Shown: one piece after another, positions 52,501 to 64,000 of the stretch
Layout: every line of letters begins with the position of its first letter
Numbering within the stretch: the stretch's first letter is position 1
DNA from: Yuukianura sp. NJ FZ-2021
Lineage: Eukaryota
Length of the DNA: 64,000 bases
Direction: 5' to 3'
NCBI GenBank assembly: GCA_046563655.1
Contig: CM102283.1
Span: 7,316,001-7,380,000, forward strand
The notes under the pieces: generated by a model
Seen by the model: only the letters and a program-made list of their open reading frames with translations
Databases searched by the model: none
What the model was told of the DNA's origin: nothing
Translations under genes and position numbers: made by a program

Positions 52501-54063
52501 GTACTTGGCTCGTGTCGCGAATTTTGAAACTGAAAATGATAAATAATATAACTTATTTTTTTGTTTTTATAGATTCCAATTGTAACTGTGGACAGTGACC
52601 TCGGGTCTTGCGAAATCATTCATCGCGGCCACTCGGAGTTCTCTGGAGTATATACTGTTGAAGACGTCAAAGTTGGGACGAATATTTTGAGAAGACTGAT
52701 ATTTTTGAACGCTCCGAATCTTATCCAGTCTGAAGTGGCGCTGAAAGGTATGTTGCCTTCTTGCTTCTTGTTTACGACAACAATGTTTCTGTTTCAACGG
52801 TAGTTTTTGTTGGTATGAAGACTGTGAGAGCACCTTTATTCATGAATTTTTTTTTGACTTTTTGTCTAACATAACAGTATTCGTTTTGAATTTTTTTTTA
52901 GTGACGACTCAGAAGGGCAAAGGTCAAGGGTGTAAACAGCAAATCAAGACTCCAGTGGCACATCAGCTGACATCAGACTATCATGGTTTTATGGCATTGG
53001 CTATTCCAATGTTGCGGTTCTTTTTGAAACAGGATCAGACTCGAACGGTGGAAACGCTTGTAATCGGTTTGGGCGGCGGTCTGCTCGTTTCATTTCTTCA
53101 TCACTATTTTCCAATGGTAAGTGAAGTATTGTTTTTTTTTTGTTGTTTTCATATGCAAACAAACTGTTTTCCATTTCCTTGGTGCAATGATGAATGAACC
53201 CCACCGCTGGTATTCGCCTTCTTGCGTTACCAGATATGAATCCGTGTGACATAAAAATTTATTCTGAATCGTTGAAATATTTATAATCTTCCCTAACTTT
53301 TTATTTCAGTTCTTAAGTCAAGCAAGGCTAACGTTTTTTTTTTACTGTGATAGGTGCACGTAACTGCGTTGGAGCTGGATAAGGAAATTGTAGAAGTTGG
53401 AAGAAAGTATTTTGGACTCCAAGAGCATGAAGGAGATGGGCGTCTTCGGATAGTTGTTGAAGATGGACTAAAATTCCTGAAAGAAGGTTAGTTTTGGTTT
53501 ATATTTTTTCATTATGTTTGTAAAATCTTCGAAGTTCAACGAATATGTTATTTACAGTTCCAGCAGAAAGGAAATTCGACGTGATCATGTTCGATGTTGA
53601 CAACAAATCCGTCGCCTCCGGGCTGTCTTGTCCTCCAGCTGAATTTCTTACAGACGAAACTCTAGAAGCGACAATCAGAGCATTAGCTCCCGAAGGAATC
53701 TTTGTAGTGAACTTTGTATGTCGAAATTTAGCGTTGGAGGATTGGAGCATAGCGTCCTTATCGTCACATTTTCCATTCATCTACAAATTCAAACTTGGCC
53801 AGGAAGTGAACACCGTTTTCTTTTGCTTTCCGAAAGCCCCTCCTGGAAATTCAAAGTTATTCTCGAAATCGCTTAAGAAATCTGTCCAGTTCCTGAGGGA
53901 TATTCAACTTAACGACATAACTTCGAATCAGAAGTCAAAGAAGGCTTCTAGTAGTCATGTTGAAGTAGATAACCAAACGGAAGATACGATTGTTGGTTTG
54001 ACGGACGTTGGAGTGGAAGATTTGTGTGCTAAATTCAAAATTATAAGAACCAAGGACACGTAG
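49574..54063 (+). CDS. METTL13: eEF1A lysine and N-terminal methyltransferase (two MTase domains), multi-exon
   Basis: LLPPSAADFSSSDYWDSFFTKR..FEW|YGE, LIVGCGSSNLSDRLY, VLDKGTFDAL, IFIIPQGRE, LFA-like YMFATHEGR, GHSEFSGVYTVEDV, LRRLIFL...LIQSE, LVIGLGGG, FDVIMFDVDNK....LSCPP; stop at 54061-54063. Confidence 0.95.
51250..52496 (-). CDS. Uncharacterised coiled-coil protein nested antisense in a METTL13 intron (2 coding exons: <=52529-52021 and 51949-51250)
   Basis: Two long ORFs are joined in frame by a 71-nt GT-AG intron (52020-51950; ctc gt|gtaag...ttttcag|g gag). Heptad-rich region EITRLRVQLDA...LAQLESYY. Lies within METTL13 intron 51203-52572. Start uncertain. Confidence 0.75.
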
Positions 54064-54252
54064 TACATTTTATTCAAAATTATTCGGTTCTATTTTACTA
54101 AACAATTTATTTAAAAAACTAAAAAATTATATCAATGCATTGAACTTGTTGAAGTCAACACATTTGTATTGATTTGTGGTGAACAACATTTTGGCAGGAT
54201 CAGACTAGTAAAATGCTGCTTTGGTAGCAAATGTGCTGCAGCAGTATTTTGT

Positions 54253-56826
54253 TCATTTTCTGATTTCGTTTCCTTTGTTCCATGCTTGCATTATAAGTGT
54301 AGCAGCCTTTTCGCCAATCATAATACACGCAGCATTTGGATTACTGACGACGATTGTTGGCATTATGGAGGCATCAGCTACGCGAAGCCCTTTGACCCCT
54401 ACAACACGAAGCTCCGAATCAAGCACTGCGTTTGGATCATCTTTTGCACCCATTGAACAAGTACTGGTCGGATGGTACATTGTAAAAGACATATGTCGAG
54501 CATAACATTCCAAGTATGCATCACTAAAGAAATAATTTCAATAATATATTAATGAATTTATAGTAATTAAGTAATTACTTAAGTAATTAATTAGTAATTT
54601 GGATTTTACCTCTTAGGTACATGATGTTCACACCCAGGAAACATTACTGGTGTCATGGCTCCGCCCATACTTTGAAACGCAGTAGAATTTTCAACAAGAT
54701 GGACAGCTCTTCGCATTCCTTCTACCATGACTTGTATGTCATGTGATCCAGCATCTTGAAAGTATTTTGGATCCATAAGTGGATCCAAAGTAGGATCAGT
54801 TCCAGCCAATAGAACTTCGCCTCTTGTTTTTGGTCTTCCGACAATCGTGATCATCATGAAAGAATCCTTGCCTTTGATTGGTCCATAATATTTGTGCAGT
54901 ACTCCATCTCTGACGTTAAATGCAAATTCAAAATCACGCGGTGCTTTGTCATAAACAGCTGTTCCGAGTAACATGTACTGGAAGTCAGGCCAGTCTCCTT
55001 CTCCGCCGTCTTTGGCTAACTGGGACGTAAGGAATGCTGAAGCCTAGAAAATTCAAAATTTTAATTTTCAAAATTCAGTTTTAAAAATTGGAATTTGAAA
55101 ATTTAGTTTGTTACCATAGGTCCAGTAGTCGTTAGTGGCCCGGTTCCACTTGTTGCAAACTGGTAGAACGCCTGAGGCGTCAATTCCCGGTCCAAGTTGA
55201 ATGCCACGGAGTCATTGACCGTAAACGGGCCGACGAATGATGTGATGTGATCTTGCAAGTTCTTGCCTACTGGTAAATCTTTCCGTACTTTTATACCCAG
55301 TTGCTCCAAATGCTCTTTTGGTCCAACTGAAAAATGGATTTTGTCAATTTTATGAAATTTTGAAACTTTTGTTCTGAAGTTTTACAGAACCATGCATATG
55401 CTGCTGAACTTACTTCCGGAAAGCATCAAAATTTTTGGAGTGTTTATGGCTCCTGCAGAGAGAATGACTTCTTTAGTAGCAACTGCAAAACGTTTGACTC
55501 CATGACGCTCATATTCAACTCCAAGAACTTGGTTGTCCGGTCCCAACATCAACTGCACAAGTACAAAATTTTTCAAAATTTTGAATCGAGAATTTTGAAG
55601 TTTGTGGTACGCCATAAAATTTTTATGTGCACTTACCCGATTGACATGAGCAAATTTGTAAATTGTTAAATTTTTTCTATCGAGATGCGGCTCTAGAAAT
55701 GCTTTGTAAGTTCCGAAACGGCGTCCGTTTTTTTGGCAGTAAAAGTTGGCTTCAAAGCCTGAGAAAAATCAAAAAAAAATTAGAGTTGTTGTTACTAGAG
55801 TGTGTAGATAGATTTAGGAGATGAAAGAGATTTCATTTTGCAGTGACTTTTGTATAATTTCCGTATACCTTCTGTATAATTTCCGTTGAGATCTGCCTCT
55901 GGATATCCAAACTCAGCTCCAGCCTTGATAAAAGTATCAGCCAATCCAGTGTAATCTGGTTTCTGAATATTCAGTGGTCCACCATAGGCATGGCGACGTT
56001 TCCGTTCCGAATCCATCTCTTTGTCATAAACGTAATTCTCTGATTTTTTAAACGAGTTAAGTACGTTTTCATAGTTCCATCTCGGGTCTCCAGTGATGTT
56101 GGCCCAGTTATCATAGTCTTTTGCATGACCTCGCAAGTATATCATGAAGTTTAAGTTACTTGATCCACCAAGTCCTGGAAATTTTCAAAAATTTTAGTTA
56201 CTAAAGTGCTCAAAATGTTCAAAATTCTTAGTTTCAAAAACAATGTCGCGGAATCTTACCTTTCCCTCTTGGCCAATAGCATTGCTGAAATACCAAAAAA
56301 AAAAACAAATTCGTAATTTGAAATCACAAACTTTCTTTTTAGGAATGATGTTGTGTTAGTTTTACGTGATTGTTCATAGCGAGGCAAGCATTTTCCTGTG
56401 GAGTCGTCAGATATCTCCAGTCGATATGAGGTTGTCGCAGCATCAAAAGCGATAACGCCGGAATAGACTGCAGCGGTGACGGATCTCCACCAGCCTCCAG
56501 TAGCAGCACATTGAACTCCTCCGATAGTCGGCTTGCTACTACTGCTCCAGCACTTCCAGCTCCAACTATAAATATCGACATATTTTGAAAAATTTTGAAA
56601 AAAAAATTCAAACAGCATTTTCTTTAAATTTTAGTCCTAAGTTACCGACAATGAAGTCAAAAGTATCCTGGTACTCTCCGAAGGTCATTCGGACGCTGTC
56701 GGAAACACGGTCCAGATCGGAGTACGTGTTGACATTTATTGAGATCATGCCAATGAGGCTGTAAAGAATCGGGCGATACCACATCCCTAGCCTCGCAAAC
56801 GGTCGAACGAAAACGTTCGGTTCCAT
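54253..56826 (-). CDS. GMC oxidoreductase (glucose dehydrogenase-like flavoprotein), multi-exon
   Basis: FDFIV|VGAGSAGAVVASRLSE..VLLLEAGG, WPRGK|LGGSSNLNFMIYLRG..DYDNW, KEVILSAGAINTPKILMLSG, LPVGKNLQDH, YHPTSTCSMG...AVLDSELRVVGVKGLRVADASIMP....NPNAACIMIGEKAA. Confidence 0.95.
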
Positions 56827-57552
56827 TTTGAATTTGAACTTTTCAAAAAATTGAGCACTAAAATTAAATTTAAAACTTGAACTTTTTATATCAAGTCCAC
56901 TTTGAGCAAAACCTGTAAAATGTGAATGCCAATTTGGGACTAACGCCAAATCAGAAGCAATCGTTCGTATTTAATTGTTTTCAGTGTTAAACCAATGATG
57001 CAAACCTCCTCGTCAGACAGCATTACGTTTTGTCTCTTCTCTTTTTTATTGCAATTTGGAGGTTAGGCTGCTTGTTGCCTACGTGCCTTAGGTCTCGATT
57101 GCAAATTGTACGAAGATCAGCATGATTTGACATTGTCCTTGGCAAAAATTTCAAAAATGTTGCATTGTGGGGTCATTTAATTGTATTGTAGTAACATTTG
57201 AAGCATTTGAAGCAATCGATTACATCAAAATCCTGTTTGGTGTGATGTCTTATCATCGTTGGCTTTAGGTTCTTACGTATTAAAATCAAGAAAAGTGCTT
57301 AAGGTGTTACCATTAAAAGTGAAAGCTGTAACGTGTTTTTGTAATAATTGAAATTATAGTTAGCAATCTTAAAATGATTGATTACTGTTTACACAAGAGT
57401 GAACACGCATCATCGTTTATCGATTTGCTTAAAGCATAAAACGATGATTTATGATTTTAATTCAGATACAAATTAATTTTTCAGAAAATGTGATTTCAAT
57501 TTATTTTCAAAAAATACAGTTGTTTTTTTCTTGCGAAGATTGTACAACAAGT

Positions 57553-59000
57553 TCAAGGTTCTTCTTCTACTTTTGAGGTTGGTTTGACCCCTGCTTGCGT
57601 CATAATGGGATTGTCGTTGCCATTTGAAACGACTTTTAAAGGTTTGGCATGTTTGATTAGTGGCGGTGGATCAATCAAAGCATTTTTGCGAAACATTTCC
57701 CTGACCTCTTCAAGTGTATGATTGTTACTGAGTTCTTCGGCGTTCAAAACAGGAAACACAGCGGAACATGGAAAATTTGTTGTCGAAATTGCCCACTCCT
57801 TCGGTAGACGCAAACTCATGATCAACCGAATTTCTCGGATGATGTCTGCACAGAAGTCGTCTAGCGGCTGAAGTTCAAAAATTGTTAAAGATTCAAGTAA
57901 AAAATTTCTCCAATTTACAAAATTTTGCAAAATTTTGATTTCCTACCAAGTCATTGTCATCATATCCAAACGGATTTTCAATTTCCTCTCCGATTCCCAG
58001 TATTCCCAGAATTGCAAAACAGGCAATCACGACAATTGGCACAGTTAGCCAACCCAGGTCATGGACCAATTGAAACGGAAGTGCCAAAATGTAAATGTGC
58101 AAACAGTGACCAAGGTGGCGGGAGTAGGCTAAGGGCATCGGAGTCCTCAAAATCTTTTCAAATGAACATAAGTAGTCCCCCAAGGCAGAAACGGCTAAAA
58201 GTTCAATCAAAAGCAGAATCTGAATTAGAATGAAAAATTTGAATGTTCAACACAAACTGTGAAATTCTTACATTCCTGCAAAACTTTCATGACATTCTGG
58301 TCAGCCATGCCCTTTTCAGTGATTTTGTCCAGATAGGCTCCAATGTAGTAAGTGATTAAACAAGGGGAATTCGACGGAGCAACAAAATCAGGAATTTCTT
58401 CTTGCCTTGCTCCTGCCGGCGCATGAGCATTGGCCATGATTGCTTTGACTCGATTTGGGGCTGGTTTCAAAAGGACTTCTGGAAATCCATAGACATACGG
58501 CTTCATGTCTTCAAAGTCCTGCGAATACTCGTTGCGCAAATAATGTTTTGTTGCAAGTGGAAACGCTGTCAGTAGATTCATAATTGTTTTCTTTTCAACC
58601 AAATCTTTGGTATCAGAGTCCTTGATGCTGATCCATACTAAACGAGCTAAAGTTCCAACTGTACTGCCCAAAGATGTCCACAAATTCCGTCCTTCCCAGT
58701 ACCTTTCAAAATTTTCAAAAAAAAAATTTTTTTTGAATTCAAAATTGAAAGTCTTCAACTTTCAACTTTTTTTTACCTGTCGTATGCAATTTGTGTCCGA
58801 AAAACCAAGAGAAGACCAGTAACGATACCCAGGATATCCGTAAGGTCAATGCGCAGACTCGTTTCAGCAAAACTCGGAACTGACAAATAAATTCCACAAA
58901 CGACTGCAGTGTATATACCAACCAGAATTATTTTGAACCAAATCCGCTTAAGTACTGTTCCCTTCAACAGTTCCTGGAAAATACTTCCTGCTGGCAGCAT
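57553..59000 (-). CDS. Bestrophin-like anion channel of the YneE/UPF0187 (microbial, fungal, plant) type, 4 exons
   Basis: Exons 59000-58777, 58702-58272, 58194-57947, 57867-57553 splice in frame. GLLLVFRTQIAYDRYWEGRNLW, AFPLATKHYLR, EKILRTPMPLAYSRHL, LALPFQLV, GILGIGEEIENPFGYDDNDLPLDDFC. Confidence 0.92.
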
Positions 59001-60321
59001 TTTGACGATGCTGGATCAACACTTCACCTTGACCTTCAACTTTTGACTATTGCACAACACCCTCTCCCGGATTCACACTTTGAGATGTGAACCGACGCTG
59101 GCTCAAAAGTCGTCTGTGATGATGAACTTGACCTCAAGGATTTTATAAAACGATGCCAACAAAATCTGGTCTCATCACATAAAAACTTTTCATCTTTCTT
59201 ATTCCCACCATCATCGTGAGATGTATTATGTAGTTATGTACTTTTTTGCATGTTAAGACTTATCAAGCACACTGGAGCAGTCGTAGTTGTAAAATTTACA
59301 TGGTGAATCTGGTTTTTTGAAACGGTTTTCCACTTTTCAATAAATTGATTTGGCACTTTACGATGTATCTCTCTTTCAAACTTGTTGAACGGGTTTGCGA
59401 AATCAGTTTTTGCAAAATTCCTTTCAAAATTTTACCTTCCAGTTCATGTTTAAGCAACTTCCAGGACTAGAATTCACACTGTTTGCGTGTGTGCGTTTTT
59501 TTTTCGGTAATAAAAGAATCAATTTATTAACCTTGATTGTTTTAAACACAAAAAAATTAATTGTGAATTCAAGTCATGTATTAAGTGTCTCAACTTTTTA
59601 GATAACAAATTAATTACTACTCTGCAAATTGTCCTTGGTTAGAAACATTTTTTTTTTACTTCAGAATTCGACAAAAGTTTTCTACTTTTTTGGGAATACA
59701 AATCCTTTCCTTACTACTTTTTTGAAATTAGTAAATAAAAATGGTGCGTGGATTTAAATTAGTTTTGGTTTAAATATTCTACTTTTAACAATCTACGGGT
59801 AGTATAAAGTTACAAGCTACAAAAAATTGCACATAAATTACTAAAAATTTTGTTATTGGTCGACTGGTTTTGTCAACAACGTTAATGTAAAATAATAATA
59901 CTAAAACGTTATTAAAGTACGTATATCCGTTTACACAATTTTAGTACAACTTTGACAATACTATTTTACAATGGTTTCAAAAATTTGAAGTTTTCAAAAT
60001 CAACTTGATTGTACGTAGCTTAGAAATTAATTTTAGGGAAGCAATCAATTTCAAACCAAATACGCTACGAGGGTACTCCTCGAAGAATTTTTCTTCTGAA
60101 ATTTTCTGGATTATGTTACACGTCATTAGTTTTGTTCGAAAAAGGGCTCTGCTGGATTTAGTTTTTGGAAAACAACATTTTTAACTTTTAAAACTATTGA
60201 AAACTTTCCCGAAACACTAATTTTTTGTTAATGTTTTCTTGAGACGATGGTAGAGGAACTCAAAATTAGCAAATTTTTCTAAATTTTTTAAAACTTCCAT
60301 AAAAAAAAGTTCTAAAAAAGT

Positions 60322-62554
60322 TTACTTGTAGTAATGGTGGTTGCTATGCTGGAGATTGTGGTGGTTTCCATTGGAGGAACTTAGGATGAGAGATGAATTG
60401 GTTTTGGCGGGAGGATGGTGATGGTGGTTTAAGTTATTCGGTACGCATGCGCTGCCAGGAATTCCGTTGGTAGACATTTTGTTTTTCGGTTTCCTTTTTC
60501 TCGTTTGAATTCCATCTTTGCGCATGGCTTGTGGGCGATTGACACCGTGCAACTTGTAGTACAGGCCACATGCATTACAAACCGGTTCTCCGTCGTTGTT
60601 GCGCCGCCACAGAGTTGTAGTTGTCGTTCCACAATTTGTACAACAAAGGCCAAGACGTCGAGATGTTGCCTACAAAAGTCACAACGTAAGTGTCAACCTT
60701 CAACTTCAAACTCCTGAGACAAACCACATTTGACGCAAGAGTTGCGTGTATAGCAAAGTTGCCGTTGCACAGACCTCGAAGTTCAAGTTGCGCATCATGC
60801 TTTTGTTACGAGAAAATTCAAGGTTTGTTAACTTTGATTTTCTGTAACAGGTTGGGTAATACTTCATGTTTTTTGATTTTGCAAAAAAAAGAGTGTATTT
60901 TCATTTTACGGCATCCTAGTCATAACAATACAGCCGAATTCTTTGAATTTTGCATACGAATTGGCAGCAATTTTTCCTATTGGTACTAAAATTGGTACCA
61001 ATTTTTTTTTTGTTTCTTTGGCAACAAGCGAAGTAGTGTCCAACCAATTAAAGAAAATTAACTTTTCCTTGTCAAGGAACCTTGGAGAAAATCAGAAATT
61101 CGACATTTTTAAATGCCACAACGCGGGAATTTCAAACTCACCATTCTCCTTGACGGTTTAATCAGCGGTCGGTTCATTCCGTTCATTTTGTGGTAAAGAC
61201 CGCAGGCATTACACAAGTAATGTCCGGTTCCATCACGGCGCCACAACGGTGTCGAAACAGCACCACAGTTGACACATTCCCTTGCTTCGTTTATACCCGC
61301 CGGAGTCCATCCAGGACCAAGGAAGCAAGTTGTGTCCAAAACAGCCGCTGCAGTCAGTGCAACTGAAGACGTACTTCCAGTTGAACTCATTCCCAGATTT
61401 GACATGGACATGGGCATGTGAGGAGCGTGACCATGGTGACCGGACATACCGAACATACTGGATGCTTGGTTGTTAACTGCAGAGTGTTGATGGTGGTGGC
61501 TGGAATTGGAGTGACCGTGGGTGTGGTGATGACTTAGGGCCGCCGTGGCGGATGAACTCATAAAACTGGGATTCATTTCTGGAGAAACCAAAAAGAAAAA
61601 AGTTTTTTCAAAATTTGGCGCCTTGTGAGGAGCCATTAGCGCCAAAGAAACATTCCTGAGGTTTTCCATTAAGGAAAAACGGAGAGAACATGACTGGATT
61701 TCTGAAATGGAATTGGCTAAGTGACAACAGAAAAATTTCCGAAGGAATTCCATTCTCCTTTTTATGCATCAAGTCTAATCTACGGCTGATAAGAAACGAC
61801 TTTCGTTTTTTCAAAACCCCGCTACTTTTGAAAATTTCCAAACACAAAAAACTTAACGCCATTTTCAAATTTTCTGCCTATCATTTTTTCGAGTAGTAAC
61901 AACCCCGCCTCCTCTTTTTTATTATCAAGTGCTAAACGGCCCGCCACGCCTTCATGTTTTTGATTTACTTTTTATAACTTCTTAGCATTCCTGTTGTTTC
62001 TCAATCCAGCTTTTCAAAATTTTATGAAAAAAATCAAAATTTTGAAAAACCTTACCGTAGGCATGATGTGTCCTGGATATGCCAGTGTCATAATGGTGTC
62101 TCCACATTGCTCCTGCGTAGGGATACAAGTAGGAAGAGGGGGAGTAGGACCCTGAATTGGCACTTCCGGAAGATCCGGAACTGCTATTCGTACTATTAGT
62201 GGGGCTTGTTGTGATGGTGGAATTGTTGTTACTTATGGACAGAGATGCAAAATTGTTTGGCCATAAGTTAGACTGTTGTTGGTGTACCGAATGAGTCCTG
62301 CCAGAACTGGACGTGTCCATTGTTTCCACCCCTGACTCAATTTTGATCGTGGTTTGCATCCCCTGTTGTCCCTGGTTGTGTCCATGCAGCGGACTTTGGT
62401 TAGGGTGAAAACCGAAATTGGAGCGGGAATGCATCGTGGTGGAGCTGGTTGCTACCCGGGAATTTCTGTCCGTCGGATCGATTCCCCCGCTGGACGAAAA
62501 AATGGAAGCTGATGACGGTTGCTTTTGGACGTACACGTTGGATGAGTACAGCAT
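60322..62554 (-). CDS. pnr: GATA transcription factor with two zinc fingers, pannier (GATA4/5/6) type; 5' end may extend further
   Basis: Exons 62554-62056, 61578-61142, 60669-60322. [109 protein letters not shown] is the pannier signature. Confidence 0.9.
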
Positions 62555-64000
62555 CTAAAAATTTTCTGACGGGAAATCGGAACGGAATCTGAAATTTAAA
62601 AAATGTAACAATTTCAAAAACAAAAAAAAAACTCTTTTTTTTACTCAAATTTGGTAACTTGGAATATAAAATTTAAAGGTAAAGATGCATTTTGTTCTAA
62701 AAATGTCAAATAAAAGTTAATTGTGACTAATTTGTCGAATTAATGGCTGATTTTATTTGATTTTTTGAATTGTAGTGCACCTTATTTATCTTTGGCGCTT
62801 TGTTTTTTCTTTTGTTGTGTTTCTTGAAACATAAAATTGGAAAAGCGTGTTTGGAATTTTAATTTAAAATTTCAGTGAGTGTTGAACTATGGAGTGGGAG
62901 GGAATAAAGTTGACATGTTTTTTGGAAAATGGAGGTGTGGAGTATGTGACACAATGAATTTATTGCAAATTTCGTTCATTAATTTTCCACCACCGCCGCA
63001 AACTTAAAGTTTCAATGAGCGCTAAAATTCAAAACACCAAAAATTCAAACTACTTTAAAACTTTCCGTCTGTTTCTGCCTCATTCCCTCTTCAAGAAATG
63101 CAATAAATCCATTTTAAATTATGGAGCCAGAAACAGACGCATAAATCTTGTAAACAACTAAAAAGTGTATGGAACTTTTAGGAAATGGAATTGGAAACTC
63201 AGCATATGCCCCAAAAATTCTCAAAAACCAATTTCCGCGTGGTTTTTGTACAAGAGTGTTTAGTTTTTTCTTTAAATAAGAGATACTCACTATTCCTCTG
63301 AATTGCGCTTAAAAGTTCAGACTTAATGAACATCTTGTAAGTTTTGTACTAGTTAGTGTGACTTAAAACAGTGACTTTGGAAAACAGAAAGTGAGAAATC
63401 AGGCGTGTAGACTTAATTGGTCGTTACTTGACTTTTGCATATGGCAGACACTTTGAACTTCTTCTTCGCGCTCTGAATCCTAACAACCATTTAATTTTTC
63501 CTGGAAGGAGCCGCTACCATTAGGATTTATTTTCTTGTTTTTGGTTGATGCAAAAGTTTTGTACTTTGGCAAATTAGTTATGTTCGGAGCCTGGTTTCTA
63601 AAATTTTCAATTTTGAAATTGAAGTATTGTTTTATTTTTCGAAATGTTTTTTGTTGGCTTGTATCCAGATGTAAAAGGCGCACGAGAAGGAACAGGGTTA
63701 AGTGGGTTCATTTTTCTGTAGGTTTTGTGTTTCGGAAACTATAAAGAGGGCTTTCCCCCTTTTCAAACTGACACGCGACATAAGCCTAACAAAGCAAAAA
63801 ATATTTGAAACAATTTTTGGTTTCATATGTCGTGGATGTAACAGAAATTACAAAACCCAAACTTCATTGTGAAATTTTTAACAAAAAAAAAATCTATGGT
63901 GCAAAATAAAAAGTGTGAACCACGCTTAACAGCGAAAGTAATTTTTAAGCAAATTCTACTTTTTAGCGGCATTTCTTTTTTGGAGTTTTTGTGCAAAGTG

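Overview
AT-rich eukaryotic (animal) genomic DNA with many short GT-AG introns. A pannier-type GATA factor and scattered TTAGG motifs point to an arthropod; a springtail-like hexapod is plausible but cannot be proven from this window. Genes reconstructed by hand, left to right: a two-exon filamin-repeat ORF (+), the first exon of a secreted Cys-containing protein (-), ATPAF2 (+), a CD36/SR-B scavenger receptor (-), Rab14 (-), peroxiredoxin-6 (-), PTPA (+), a peptidase-M50B-like membrane protein (-), an IER-family protein (-), METTL13 (+) with an antisense coiled-coil gene nested in one intron, a GMC oxidoreductase (-), a YneE/UPF0187-type bestrophin-like channel (-) and pannier (-). Mobile DNA: a 3.35-kb DDE+SWIM transposon with 15-bp TIRs sitting between AAA and TTT without a TSD (Spy-like), a 2.25-kb Mutator/foldback-like element with a 9-bp TSD, two related GG..CC MITEs with 8-bp TSDs, and a hAT-like MITE. 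The most interesting observations are two intron-containing genes whose motifs look non-animal (horizontal transfer candidates), an acidic insert in the scavenger-receptor ectodomain that resembles the ribosomal P-stalk tail, and the nested antisense gene. All family assignments come from motif recognition by eye; no searches were run.
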